NCBI GenBank assembly: GCA_965287045.1
Contig: OZ336871.1
Span: 42,408,001 to 42,472,000 of the forward strand
DNA from: Carcharhinus amblyrhynchos
Lineage: Eukaryota
Direction of reading: 5' to 3'
DNA length: 64,000 bases
Translations under genes and position numbers: made by a program
Shown here: positions 14,050 through 28,080 of the stretch, piece after piece
How the letters are laid out: the number at the start of each line of letters is the position of its first letter
Numbering within the stretch: the first letter of the stretch is position 1
Notes under the pieces: generated by a model
The model's database searches: none
Told to the model about the DNA's origin: nothing
The model's input: only the letters and a program-made list of their open reading frames with translations

Positions 14050-14177
14050 GTGGAGATGCCAGTGTTGGACGGGAGTGGGCACAGTAACATGTCTCAACAC
14101 CAGGCTAAAGGCCAACAGGCTTATTTGGAATTACGAGCTTTCAGAGCATTGCTCCTTCATCAGGCTCCTTCACCAGG
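14050..14177 (-). mobile_element. Penelope pseudo-LTR fragment containing a hammerhead motif
   Basis: Homologous to the pLTR ends at 15677-15810 and 45560-45690. Minus strand reads CTGATGA-aggagcaatgctct-GAAA-gc-TC at 14135-14163. Confidence 0.8.
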
Positions 14178-15100
14178 CAGCAGTGTTAACAGGAATGAGG
14201 GCATATTGCTTTGATACAACATTGTAGATACTGGTGCAGACATATGTAATTCATGTTGCCATGGAGATGGGTTTTAAGAACAGAAGGATTTCTAAGAAAT
14301 CTCTGAAAACTCACAGACACAGGCAGTCTGTCAGGATCCAGGAGAGACGGAGCAGGGAAAGGCTGAAAGACTTGATGGTTCAGCATGCAGGAATGTGGAT
14401 GGGAACACAGGCCTGCATTCAAAAGACCAAATCCATGAGGATTTGATGCGAGGCTGAAAGATTTATCTAGCACTGAAGGGAGAATCTCAGGAATAGCCCT
14501 CACTGTGAAAGACAGTTCTGGGATTTAAAGTTGTCCGGCTGGGAAAGGAACTGAAATAAACCTTCAGGAGTGAAGAATCAATTTGTGACCGAGTGCGGAG
14601 TATCAATGACTACTGAAGGGACAATGCAAATATACCTGAGAAGTGAGTTCTTTTGGTTGTGTTAAAAGTAAAACGGGAAAGTTCTGTTCAGTAGTTTAAA
14701 GTAAAATTGCCTCCAAAAATAGTGTTATTTAACAGTGTTTAGTCAAGAGTGTTTTAGTTTGCTTGTTCCAGTAAATGTCTTAAAACATGAAATCTTGTTG
14801 TATCTTCTTCTCAGCTATCAATTAGAAGTTCAAATATCTTTTTTAAAGTTTTGGGTCTCTACAAGGCTCATATGTGATCTCGAATCCACAGGCTGAGATG
14901 CATGTACTGGGTTTGAACAGCTTAAACGAGTAAGATTTCAGTTACTTTTGCAGTATGCAAAGTTAAAATCATATCTCAATTGCTGAAGATTTTTTTGAAA
15001 GAGAAGGCTGCCAAAATCTTTTGGTTTCTGATTGACAGACTGGATGTATGATGGAAGATGCACAACAAAACCCTTATGGAAGTCTTGATAGATCCTGATA

Positions 15101-15444
15101 GAGCGGCATGGTAGCACAGTGGTTAGCATTGCTGCTTCATAGCTCCAGGGACCTGGGTTCGATTGCCGGCTTGAGTCGCTGTCTGTGTGAAGTTTGGACA
15201 TTCTCCTTGCATCTGCGTAAGTTTCCTCTGGGTGCTCCGGTTTCCTCCCACAGTCCAAAGATGTGCCGGTTAGATTGATTGGCCATCTTAAAAATTGCCC
15301 TTAGTGTCGTGAGATGTGTAGGTTAGAGGGATTTGTGGGTAAATATGTAGGGATATGGGGTTAGGGCCTGGGTGGGATTGTGGTCGGTGCAGACTCGATG
15401 GGCTGAATGGCCTCTTTCTGTACTGTAGGATTCTATGATTTCTA
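15101..15444 (+). mobile_element. HE1-type V-SINE, full length
   Basis: tRNA-like head (ggtagcacagtggttagc...gggttcgatt), V-domain (gggtgctccggtttcctcccacagtccaaagatgtg), and CR1-derived tail ending gattctatgatttctat. Confidence 0.9.
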
Positions 15445-15676
15445 TCATCCATGTGGTTGAACACCTGGGTTACTTCACATTTGATCCCTCCAATTACCCC
15501 TTACACCCTCGAGTCCTACTGAATATCAAATTACTCCACAAACTGACCCAAATACTCCCTGACCATCCAATTACTGTCAAACATGATCCAAATACCCCAC
15601 AACCCAGCTACACTCTGACCCTACTTCTCCTCAACCTGATCCAACTACCCCCTGGCCATCTGACTAATCTGCTTCA

Positions 15677-17142
15677 TGATGTGGGGATGCCAGTGTTGGA
15701 CTGGGGTAAACACAGTAAGAAGTTTCACAGCACCACGTTAAAGTCCAACAGGTCTATTTGGTAGCAAAAGCCAGTAGCTTTCAGAGCGCTGCTCCTTCGT
15801 CAGATAAGTGGGAGTTCTGCTCACCAACAGGGCGTATAAAGACACAAACTTGATTTACAAAATAATGGTTGGAATGGAAAACTTTAAGACTTGATTACCT
15901 GTAAAGGTACAGACAGTGTGAGTGTACACAGGCACCTCCATCAAGGACAGTCACCTCAGCACTTCACTGTACCGCAAGCCCACGGATAGCCTCACAATGC
16001 TCCACTTCTCCAGTTTCCACCCTAAACATGTTAAAGAAGCCATCCCCTATGGACAGGTCCTCGGTATACACAGGATCTGCTCAGATGAGAAGGATTGCAA
16101 CAGACACCTCCAGACGCTGAAAGATGCCCTCATAAGAACAGGATATGGTGCTCAACTCATCGATCGACAGTTTCAACACTCCACAGTGAAAAAACACACC
16201 CACCTCCTCAGAAGGCAAACACGGGACATGGTGAACAGAGTACCCTTGGTCATCCAGTACTTCCCCGGAGTGGAGAAGCTATAACATCTTCTCCGGAGCC
16301 TTCAACATGTCATTGATGAAGACGAACATCTCGCCAAGGCCATCTCCACACCCCACTTCTTGCCTTCAAACAACCGCACAACCTCAAACAGACTATTGTC
16401 CGCACAAACTACCCAGCCTTTAGTGACCACGACACCACACAACTCTGCCACAGCAACCTCTGCACGACGTGCTGGATCATCAACACAGATGCCATCATCT
16501 CGCATGAGAACACCATCCACCAGGTACATGGTACATACACTTGCAAGTCAGCAAATGTTGTCTATCTGATATGCTGCAGGAAAGGATGTCCTGAGGCATG
16601 GCACATTGGGGACACCATGCAGACGCTATGACAACGGATGAATGAACACCACTCGACAATAACCGTGCAAGAGTGTTCTCTTCCTGTTGGGGAACACTTC
16701 AGCAATCACAGGCATTCAGCCTCTGATCTTTGGGTAAGCATTCTCCAAAGCAGCCTTCATGACACATGTCAACGCAGAATCGCTGAGCAGAAACTGATAG
16801 CCAAGTTCTGCACACAATGAAGGCGGCTTCAACCAGGATCTTGGGTTCATGTTACACTATCTGTAATTCCCACGACTTGCCTGGGCTTGCAAAATCTCAC
16901 TGACTGTCCTGGCTGGAGACAATACACACCTGTGCATAACCCTCTCCACTCACATTGTCCGTACCTTTCAGACCTGATTACCTGTAAAGGCTTGCATTCC
17001 AATCATGATTTTGTAAATATAATTTTTGTATTTATGAACAGAACTCCCACTCGCCTGATGAAGGAGCAGCACTCTGAAAGCTTGTGGCTTGTGCTACCAT
17101 ATAAACATGTTGGACTTTAACTTGTGTTGTGAGATTTATAAG
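15677..17142 (+). mobile_element. Penelope-like element: inverted 5' pLTR, RT-thumb/GIY-YIG remnant, 3' pLTR
   Basis: LSTSLYRKPTD...FHPKHVKEAIPYGQ; NVVYLICC...HIGDT...RMNEH...VGEHFS. 15677-15925 is the reverse complement of the pLTR. TSD ctgcttca at 15669-15676 and 17143-17150. Confidence 0.92.
17055..17083 (+). ncRNA. Minimal type I hammerhead ribozyme motif in a Penelope pLTR
   Basis: cgc-CTGATGA-a-ggagcagcactct-GAAA-gc-TT-gtg: conserved core, stem II, palindromic AGCU stem III and a 3-bp stem I. Activity untested. Confidence 0.7.
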
Positions 17143-20100
17143 CTGCTTCAAACAGATCTGACTAACCCCTGACCCAACAATCTCCCCTGACCACCTTCCA
17201 CACTGGGCCTGATTATCCACCTGGAAATGACTACACCCTTAACCAACTCAACTGCCCATCCCTCCCAAATATGCCGATAGCACACCACCAATCTGATCCA
17301 ACTACCTCCACAGCTACACTTGACTATTGTCCCAAAAAGTATCCCTATACCTAACTACCCACGTACCATCTGAGTACACACTGGCCCAACATGACAGCCC
17401 CATAATCACCAATCAACTATGCTCATAACATGATCTGATCACCCCCTTCACCCACCAACCCATTCACCCATTTATCCACTCACACACATACCCACATCAG
17501 CCATTCACACATTTAGCCACTAACTAACCCACACTCAAAGGCTGGACCTTTAAACTTACCTGATACAGCATCTGGTGTCATGAAAAGGGGGTATGTCCTC
17601 TCGTCCACTGACTCTATTCAGCTTCAGTAGACTTTTCTGTGTTGCATGGAAGCATCCAGTTAGAGAATCGTCGCATCATTACCTCTCCTCAGAAGATTCA
17701 GCTGACCTATCATTGAGCACCTTGCAACAGTTACCAACGCTTGATTTAAAGATGAAAACAGAAATGTTGGAAATAGATTCAAAAATTCATGTCAAGAAGG
17801 TAGATATAGTTGAGATACTGACTCAGCATTTTAACTTTAAGGAAGGTAAATGTAATCCAGATAAACTGCAGTTGAGTTCATTACAATTCAGTTAGAAATT
17901 AAACTAGTGGAATTGTAAGAAAGCCAGAAACTTGAACAAAGGGATGTGAAAACTTGCAGCTGAGTTTTGATAAGCATGATTCAAAGAGGCCAATGTTGCT
18001 TTGTCATAAGACAGGATACGGTAAAAGCAGACTGCTAGAAATTGAAAGCTAAGCCAATGGCATTGGTTGGACTGTCTAATACTTCTCCCGAAAAATGCTG
18101 TATCAGAGGATGAAGCTTGTGACAAACCAGTAGCATCTAATGTATTACAGTGGGAGCAAATCGAAATGTAAAAGGCTGTGAGTTTTATATCTGAACCAAC
18201 TCCAGTTTTGTCTAATAAAGAAACAAAATTATATTTATTGTTACAGACTTACACTCTAATGTTAGCAAAAAAAATGAATCTCTCTGTAGTAAGTGCATCA
18301 ATATGGAGCATTGATAGAAATTGTTTACCTGTTCCATTGTATAGAATGAAGTTAAACTGTGTGTTAGTCAGTTACCATGAGACTGGTGTCTAAATTGCCT
18401 TAAAATTGCACAAAAATGTTACTGTTATCTTAGGAAATGATCCAGCTGGAGATCATGTGCTCATCTAAATACTTCCATAAAAAGTTATTGAAATTATTAA
18501 AAGATAAGCACATATTCTAAAGTTCAATGCCTGTCTCTAAAACTATTGAAAAAAACAGTAGTTTTGGCTCAAGAAGTGTCCAGAATCAACAGTTCAGCCT
18601 TCAGCAATTATAAAGACACCAGGACCTCAAACTGACAACAAAGGGTTAATACACTGAAAGAAGAAAAACTGATTTTCTCTAAATCAGTTATCTGTAGATG
18701 CTAAACAAATGCTTTAAAATAAAATGGCTTGGCTCTGGCTAATGCTGTTACTGTGGAACTCTGGGGATCGATTAAAGTCCTGGGATACAAATTACACCTT
18801 TAAAATGAAGAAGCTGTTGCTCTTGCTGAGGAGAGACTGGACAAAAGTCACGTTAAGTGGGAGGATGAAAAACGGGGCGGAATTTTCTAATTTTTTTTCA
18901 AAGCATTGTCTCTGGCAGGAAAAGTGGAGGGCAGACCACCAGCTGCTATACCACGTTTTCCTAATATTTATAAACACTTTGAATAAAAAAGGTAGAGGAA
19001 AGTCCCATGATGTCTTGTTGGCAGGTTGCGCTCTGAATGAGCTCACCCTGCTAGCAACCCCAAAAGGGCACTCTGATCAAAAGAAATAGAGAAAGAATTC
19101 CCTACATGGTGGATAATACAACAGAGAGACCCACTAAGTATATGTTAATGTATTATAATAATGTTAATGTCATTGCATGGCAGGAAACCCATGATGTCAC
19201 TGGTGCTGGGCAGGGACAATCGAGTGGGGAAATCCTGCCAATATGAAAGCCATTTTCAAACACTCCATCAATTCTCTGCCCTTGCTGCCTTTCCCATCTG
19301 CTGAAAACGGGGTCAGAAAATACCCCAAAAAATGTAAAGAGAATTCAAGAGCTGACCAGAAAAGAATATCAGGATTTTATTAATTGGAGTATTGCAGCTG
19401 AAGTCTAAAAGTCTCCATGGTTCACCATGTGTAGGTAGAAACTTGCACAGGAATGAAAAGACTGAGTTTGTGAAGTATTTGAAATGAGACTGGAAGATTC
19501 TCCTAGCTTGTACTAGAGGGAGAATTACTTGGGGTTACAAGTTACCAAGATGAAAACGTAAACCGTCTGAAGAATCACTTTGGACTGGAAGAACTGAATG
19601 TCCACTTACAGGACTGTGAAATCTATCCCTGTAAAGTTGTTTTAAAAGAAATTTCTGTTTCACAGTTTAAAGTGTAAGCTGCCTACAAAAATCGTGTTTA
19701 GTCATGGTGCTTTTAATCTGTTTGTTACAGTAAATGTCCTAAAATGTGAAATCGTCATGTTGTTCTTTTCAATTATATTTTTAAAAGTTAAGAAACTGCA
19801 CAAGCATGACATCTTCCAAATAATCACTCATAGATTTCAGCACTCTTGTTTTCTTTTATATAAAGTAATTCTGTGATTGTACAAAATGTTTAGTATTTTT
19901 TACAAATTTACATTCACAAATAAAATGTACAAAAACATCCAATTACAATACTATTACAATACGCTATTTACTAGGGCAGTTGGTCAGGCATAAATATAAA
20001 AATACTTATTTTTTGTCTCAACTAAAAACTTAACAGACAGCTTCTTGTACATAAAATCAAAGTTGCCTTAAAATAATACTTTTAAATAGTTTCCACTCAA

Positions 20101-22849
20101 TTGTGATTGCAGAAGCTTTTTAAAAACCATACAATATAGTTAGTGTATGTGACAAACTACATAAGATGCATAGAGTTTTCCAATAGGTGACTAGATTAAA
20201 AAGTTGCATGGCACTTCAAAGTTTTAAAATGTTCATGAGTACTGAACAGAGTAAAATTGATCCCACATCTTAAATAAAAATGAAAATGATTACATTTTCA
20301 AAAATAGTATTTCAACCTACAGACATGAGTCATGAACTCTATACGGTGAACCGTTTCAAACCATGGTAACATACTGGCTGTATAGAATTTTGCTTGGTGT
20401 TGATTTGATGATAAATGTAGCAATTTTCACGATGCTTATCAATTCTGCAATCATTGATTAAAGTCCTTGCGATTTAAAGTTAGGTCACACTAGTTGTTGA
20501 GTCATGAGTTATGGGAGGTGTTTTCTTTAATGGGGCATAGATTATATCTGTTGATTATCACATTAGTCGTGATTCATTTTCTACTCATATTAACATTTTG
20601 AATGCCAGCCTTCAGTCACAACAGAAAACATGCTCCCTGAACCGTTGTTATTTTAAGCTGCACTGTTTTCTTTTGCTGGTGTGTTTTTCTACCCCCCCCC
20701 ACCCCTCAATTCTTTGATATTTTTAAACAGTTCATTTTGCATAGTTACAAGGATGTTGCGCCAATTTTTCATGCCAGCAAATAATAGGCAAAAAATTGGT
20801 TATTTTTATCTATTTTATTCTTTTTTTGATGGAGCAAGTGAGATTCAAAGCACCTGTTTGACTTTTTAGAATTTAAAATATTAAATTACATTTTTTTATT
20901 GATCATTTTTAATAATATTGATTACCACTGGTAAAGTTAAAGCTTACAAAATTTTTATTCTTAAACTGGCTCAAAATTCATAATTAGTCCATAAGATTAA
21001 CTAATGATTGTTCTCTTGGTTCCAATGATTTAGTGGGCCAGAATTTATCCATGTAATTATAGTGACTCCAGCGATTTTCAGTGTTATTTATGAACAAATC
21101 ATGCATTTAAGTCAGATGAAGGTAGATGTATACTTAAAGTCAATAATTAGATGGTTGTTGTCTAAGATGTGTCCTTCCTCTGACAGCTTCCTAAAACTGG
21201 CATCATGCTGCCTAGCTGCCCATTTAAATCCATTGAATTGTGTCAGTTTCCCATCTTTGCATCTCAGATGTAAACTAAACTTGCCACCTGAAGTGAACGC
21301 CCATTTCAGTCCAAGTACCCTTTTTAATGGTGTGATATGTCTTAATTACTGCCAAATAATCATCTCTCTGGTACAGAAAATTATATTCTATAAGTAGGCT
21401 TATTCCTTCAGCTTTTAATTTTTTCTAGAGAATTTTAGAATGGCATTTACATTCTATTTGACTTTTGCTTTCTGTCTGTTCTTCTTTCTCCATTCACTAC
21501 TGCCCCCACCCCCAGCCTTATCAAAGTTAACTTTAAATTATTTATTCCAATTTATACTTCTTGGTTTGGGCTATGAGCTGTTCATTGCAATTCTTCAATC
21601 TGATTGGTTAAATGTACACACATTTGCTAAACATGTTTATACACATTCCAGTTTCCACATTTTGATGTCCTGATGGCACCTACTTTCTGTACAAAATCTC
21701 ATGAAAATTAAATGGGCAAGTGCAAGTCTAGTGAATGGCAGTTGTTGTTCACTCCTCAACAACAATTATTTCTTGCCAAATCTCTAAGCAAGTGCTGAGT
21801 TTATGATATATTCCTGTTCCCTACAACCTTACCTGACCTCAGATCAAGCATGGAAGGGTTGCCCATGCCTGGCAAACAGAGGCCTACTATTCATGGAAAA
21901 GTCATAGTGGCAGACCTACACAACTTTAAACCTTATAGAACAACTTGTTGGGAGACAGCAGTGTGGTCAGAAGAGGCCAAGATGAATATTCAAATTTTAA
22001 GCTTTAAGGTTGGATTAAACATCATAAACTGAAAAGCATAATCCAATAGTTGTGATTCATAAAATAGCATTCTTTTTGTTTACATTTTCTGTTTGATTCC
22101 AGTAATCAAAAGTTTGATATGGAGATTTCCCAAGTTATAGGTAGTCCTACTGATTGAAAAATAAGTGATGTTCTGATGACAGGCTTAAGGCATGTTAGAT
22201 CATGTGATATGATTTGGCACTATAGCCAGGGTTTTAACAGGGAAAAACAAAAACATCTGTAATCATATGTATTTTAAAGTATTTCTTCTGTTGTTTTACT
22301 GTTGGAACACTTCAGTGGGAGATAAAAGATTACAATCAAACTAATACATTGAAAAGCAACATTTTGCAGAATTGCAAACGACCTGTTCAAGGATTTCTGC
22401 CAAATTCTGATGTATTTGACAGAACATTTTCAGGAGAAATTTGCAACAAACCTTGTTCTAATTTGTTCATGAATGCATGGCATGGTGATGATGTAAAGCT
22501 ATGTTACTTACAATGCTTTATTGCATTAAAAATGGAAGCAGAGCCTTAATGTATTTTTATGATATTAAGATTGGCTAATAGATTGCACATTTAAGGTTAA
22601 CCTTGTTTACCACTTTGTGAAGTTAATTAACCATCTCCCCTTGACATTTAATGACATTACTATCACTGAAACCCTACCGTCAACATCTAAGAGAAACCAA
22701 ACTAGACCAAACATAAACACTGTGGCTACAAGAGCAGGTCAGAGGCTGGGAATTCTGCAGTGGGTAACTCACCTCCTGGCTCCCCAGACTTTGTCCACCA
22801 TCTACAATGTGCAAGTTGGGAGTATTAAATGTTTCACGCGGGATTATAT

Positions 22850-23190
22850 AACAAAATATGACACTGAGCTACATAAAGAGATATTCGATCAGACCAGACT
22901 TGAGTGTTTTAAAGGAGGTAGCAAGATGGAGAGGTGTGAGGATATAATGCCAGAATTCATGGCATTGACAACTGAAGGCACAACTGCTAATGGTGGTGTG
23001 ATTAAAACTGAGGCTGCTCAAGAGCCAGAATAGATGAGCACAGAAAATTGGAGGATGTGAAAATTCGGAGGGGATTACAGGAATTGTAGGGAGGAGTGAG
23101 GCCATGGGCCCCATGGCCATTTGAAAACAAGGATGAGAATTTTAAAATCATGACATTGTTTGACTGAGAGCCAATTATGTAGTTCAGTGA
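22850..23190 (-). mobile_element. Old L2 LINE 3' fragment
   Basis: Reverse complement resembles the L2 end at 30000-31480 (cagttgtgccttcag...gaattc...tttaaaacact). Similar copy at 46580-46900. Confidence 0.6.
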
Positions 23191-23309
23191 GTACTAGGTG
23201 TAATTAGGACTGAGCAATAAATGCTGGACATGTTGGTGATACGCACATCTTATGTACAAATAAAAAATAAACTTATAATCAGAATTGAATCTAAATATTA
23301 TGAATGTTT

Positions 23310-23643
23310 GGGGTAGCACAGTGGTTAGCACTGCTGCTTCACAGCTCCAGGGTCCTGGGTTCGATTCTCGGCTCGGGTCAATGTCTGTGTGGAGTTTGCA
23401 CATTCTCTTCGTGTCTGCGTGGGTTTCCTCTGGGTGCTCCGGTTTCCTCCCACAGTCCAAAGATGTGCGGATTAGGTTGATTGGCCATGCTAAGAAATTG
23501 CCCCTTAGTCTCTAGGGATGTGTAGGCTAGAGGGATTAGTGGGCATAATGTGTAGGGATGTGGGGGTAGGGCCTGGGTGGGATTGTGTTCTGTACAAACT
23601 CGATGGGCCGAAGGGCCTCTTTCTGCACTGTAGGAATCTATGA
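23310..23643 (+). mobile_element. HE1-type V-SINE
   Basis: Colinear with and closely similar to 15101-15444. Confidence 0.9.
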
Positions 23644-26574
23644 TACCTTAGATTCTTGAACTATCAAATGCATAAAAAACTTGCGACTTGTTAAACATTA
23701 AGGGTTATTCTCCAGAGTTTATCTATTTGATATGTTAATGTCAACAATAATTGAAACTCAACACATTGATACAATGTTTGTTTCTGGAAGGCGAGGATAA
23801 TCAGTAGGCAGAAAGAATGTGCAATCAGAAGGGAGTAATGTGGAATAAAATGAGCAGGATGGAGGGGTAAGAGATTGTAGAGGGTTTAACATAGGCTGAC
23901 AAAAGTCTTCATTCTGATCTGTAGTCAGGACAAACATTTGCTTTTCCAGGACAACACTTAAATAATAATTACACAGTATTTACAGCACAGAGAATAACTG
24001 TTCAACAAATCTATGCTACTGTTTATGAAGTTTTTAAAAAATTTTTGGTGGCAGTTTTCAGTAGTTACTGGGAACTCAGCAGACCAAGTACTGGGTTCAA
24101 TAGTTCAAGCCAGCCAAATTTCTAGAAGGGGCCTGAAATGGGTCTTAGACCCTCTAATTAGAAATGCAAAGGACCTAACATCTATTCCAGACCTGGACCT
24201 GGAGACCGATATCAAGCCTTCTTGAATATGATGGACAATGCATTTCCAGCACGGTGTGAATGGGTATAATAGGCACTAGTTTTATGTCTGTTAATAGGCA
24301 GAGTGTTAATTATTTTCAAGGTCCAAGATTTGCAATTCTTCATAATTCTGGTTTCAGAAATGATTGAAATAAGTGCACAAATTAAACTACATATTCATAG
24401 GTATTCTGTGATATTCACTTTGGTCTTGTAAGTATAAATATCAAGTGTATAAAAGTACATATTAACTTTGTCAAAAGCAATAAAGACTGTCGTGATGTTT
24501 CAGAGAGGACAGGAGTGTAAGGTTTGGCACAAAGTAATTCAATGAGAAAGTTAAACCCATGGCATGTGACTCCCTTTCATAGCATGCAGAATGATAGAAA
24601 TTCCTAATCACATAAGATGCAATTCTGTCTGGAAATACATCTTGTTGTAAACACAAAAAAAAGTTGAAAGTAAGCTCAAGTTGTAACATCATTTGGCTTT
24701 TTTTTCTAGCTTTTCTCTGTAGCCAAACACATAACAGAATTGGCACATTTTCTCCATGCAAACAGTGCCTCATTCAATTAGAGAACTCCAAAGACAATTT
24801 GCACTGATATGAAAGGTTGTCTTTGACGAAACAAAAGTGTGTGTAATTTATCAATATAAATTGTTTTGTGATGAATATGACTGATGCCAACAAGCTTATC
24901 TAATAGTATAAGTTAGTATGGAACTTTAAAACTTTGATATTGTTCTGTGCTTTACATTCAGAAGGTAAGGGCAAGTTTCTTGAACTCTACTAATTAGTTT
25001 GAAAGATGTGACCCCTTCTGTCAGTCAATGCTCTGTAACTGCAATTTAATGAACATGAGCAACATTTGGACTGAGCAATCCCAATGAATGAAGTGCTTAT
25101 GCTTTACACTGAGAAAATGTAAATAACCGATCATTTTTTAAAAATGAAGTCTCGAAAGCATTGAAAGTAGTGGATGACAATTTAATTTTTGTGCCAAAAA
25201 TGATAAGTGACATAATGGAGAAAAAACTGGACTGATCTGTGCCAGTCTCTGAAGCATGCCCCACTCTGCAATTGTTCCACACACAGCCACTCTTTTGGAG
25301 AATGGTAAGTTGTGCTTCACTACCTGGGGGATGAAGGGAAGGCAGCAGGGCCTAAACGCGCCAGTGAGCCTAGCTTCAGAACGCTTGGGTGCTGTTTCAC
25401 ATGGGCACCCCAATCTCAAAGTGCACTGGGAAACCACCTCCCACCCACTGATGTCAATAGTATGTTCCTCCACCCCTTCTCCAACATGGATCACCGGTAT
25501 TGGGGCCATTCCAATGGGTCCCTGCTCATGACCACCTCCCCTCCCACTCCTCCCCTTCAACATGCCTCCCCATCAGCTAATCTCACTACCATCATTTGGC
25601 CCTATCAGGGCCCCCCACTTGATCCATTCCTGCATGACCCTCACCACATGACCTCCCCTTGCATAACCCTCCATCATAGCCCCCATTCAGGCCCCAACCT
25701 TGGCACAACTGTTGGCACACTGGTGGTGTCCAGCTGGCGTTGTCAGGATGCCAGATGGGCACCACCCAACCATGCCCCAACCACCGGGGGGCTTCATTTG
25801 CATTATAGCTCCTGGTATGGCCATTGAGGCGGGTCTCTGTCAGTAAGAACATGTACTGACATTGTGCCTGTGTGAGCTCTTGTTGGAGAGGTGAGAGCAT
25901 TCTTGGGGGGGTGGGGGGCGAAAATTATGTTCTGAATTTGCTAATGAGATTGAAATCCAGTCAATCTCATGCAAATCAGTTTTGTGCTCTTTCAAGGCCT
26001 ATTTGGTTTGCATCATTAGAAAGTGGCCAGAACGATTGCAAACTGTTCGGCATTAGGTACAAAAACTATTTTTAGGCCCATACATTATTCCCTGGAATCA
26101 GCATGATCTGTGCCAGATGTGGTGAGGTCAGAGAATCACCCCCATGATCTATTTGGGAATGATGTTATTCTTGAATAATGGCCTGGAAGTAAATTTAAAC
26201 AACTTTCAATTTTTTTAAAGGAAGTGTTTAGCAGAGTGATCTTTATTCACTCAATATCGGTATTTTGAGAACTCCCAAATTGGTGCAGCTAGGTCCCTCA
26301 CTCCTGTTCCTGTCTCAGGTCCAAGTTTGAAAGTTCAGCCTTGCTAAATCAGAATTCCATCTGTGCTCACTCTGAGTAAGATTATCGGTAACCTGTCACT
26401 GTTAAATTAAGGGTAATTGTGGCCTTGTAGTTTGGAGTTGTGGAAACATGACCACGAGAAATTGAATTCAAATACTCATTTCATATAAAACCCTTCCAGC
26501 CAACACACAGAGATTTTCATCCTATCAGCAAAGGTTAGGTTGGAACCCAGGTTCAAGATGAGAAGCAAAAGCAG

Positions 26575-27290
26575 AATACTGGAAATCTGAAATAAAGCCA
26601 GAAAATGTAGGAAACAATCAGCAGGTCAGGGTGCAACTGTGAGGAAAGAGTTAATGTTTTAGATCAATGGCCTTTCATCAGAACTGAGAGAAGTTCATAG
26701 AAATAGATTTCAATCAAGCGGAAGGAGAAGGAGTAATGGTGAAGGTCCAAAGGCAGGCTGATTGGACAAGGGCTGAAATAAAAAATTGTGCCCAGAGGAG
26801 ATGTGAATGGCAAAATGTCAACAGCTTTTGTCCAAAAGTAAAATTGGATGTCTCAAAGCATTCTTAGCCAGTTAAACTTTTGAAGTTTAGTCACGTTATT
26901 TTAATTCTCCGGTGTTCTTGCCCTGCCTGCTCTGTCTGTGTTCCAACGAAGCTCACCCCAACTTCTAATTTCAGACTGTAATTTATTCCCCATTTTGTTT
27001 TCTTCCACTTTCCAGATTTTGATTTTGTTTTGTTTTGTGACTTGTTTTTCTTTCTTTGCTTTATTCTGCCATTCACACTGCCTCTAGATACACATTTTTT
27101 CTTTACTTGCTCCATTGCCACTCCCTTTTGTTTTGTACCTTCAATCATTTGACATTTAAATCCTCCTGTCTTCCATCCTATCAATGATCTTTTGTTCTTT
27201 GTCCACCCTTCTCCCTTTCAATTGCTTAAATCCTCTAACATTTCTAACTTTTCCCAGTTCTTATGAAAGATCATTGATTGGAGATGTAAT
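26575..27290. mobile_element. Older Penelope-derived inverted structure (second family)
   Basis: ctggaaatctgaaataaagccagaaaatgtagg...cctttcatcagaac on the left and a degenerate inverse (ttcttatgaaagatcattga) on the right. Related tails near 12780-12850 and 51000-51090. Confidence 0.55.
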
Positions 27291-27399
27291 TTGAGGTAAA
27301 AGGTCACCATCCATATCCTTCCCAACCACAACACACTCTCTTGGGTCACTACATGAGTGGGCTTTTAGTAAAATTCACGTCACTGTAATGAAGCCTGCC

Positions 27400-28080
27400 A
27401 CTGGAAAGGTGAAGAGTCCTTGGTGTGCTGTAGTACAGGAAAAGGTGACAAGAGGTCTCAGAGTATCACACTAAAGACCAAACAAGGAACATCTTTCTCC
27501 TTAGGGTCTTGGATGGCATGAAAGACTTCAGTGAGTAAGCTTCTGGGGCTGCCTGGAGGGAGATAGGTCATGGCAATGCCCTTTACTTTCACTGCTTTCA
27601 CCTCTACTTTCCAGAGACCTATGGCCATATGTCCATATGACAAATGTATGATAACTAAGGCAGGAAGGAAGTATGGTTTGCTGGGGAAAGAAGACGTAGG
27701 AAATCCCAATTGAAACAATGAGGAGGTGGTGGGCCACACCACTGAAATTTTCTGACATTCTCCATTTGTAATCCCACCTCATTTTGAACAGATCAAGGAA
27801 GAGCAATCTCCCAATATTCTTGCTTGCCTGTGAAAAGGAATGTTACCTTGATTATAAAACTTTCGGCAAACTTTGTGACATGATGATTGCAAGACATTCT
27901 TTTGCCAAGGAAACTTCACTGAGGCCTATGGTTGTTCTCCTTTCCCATGATAAAGAGGCTACTAATGTCCAACAGAAGTTTCTGATTTGCTCTCTCTTGC
28001 ACGATCAAATCCTATCCATTTTTCCTATAGGTTATTTGTCAAAAATTAGCAAGTATTTGGGGCCATTTTTTACATCTCAT
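27400..28080 (-). mobile_element. Highly decayed retroviral/Gypsy-type integrase remnant
   Basis: Broken frames give GPKYLLIFD, IIMSQSLPKVL..NQGNIPF and HLSYGH, in the order expected of integrase motifs. Confidence 0.35.

Noticed and set aside
15101-15175. tRNA gene
   Set aside because: A and B boxes are present but run into the SINE V-domain and tail, and I could not fold a full cloverleaf.
14938-23515. Recurring ORFs beginning MDCGRKPEHPEET and their antisense partners
   Set aside because: They are translations of HE1 SINE copies, not a protein family.
25097-26075. Overlapping ORFs of 90-170 aa
   Set aside because: C-rich low-complexity interior resembling the other MITEs, with no recognisable domain or splice structure.
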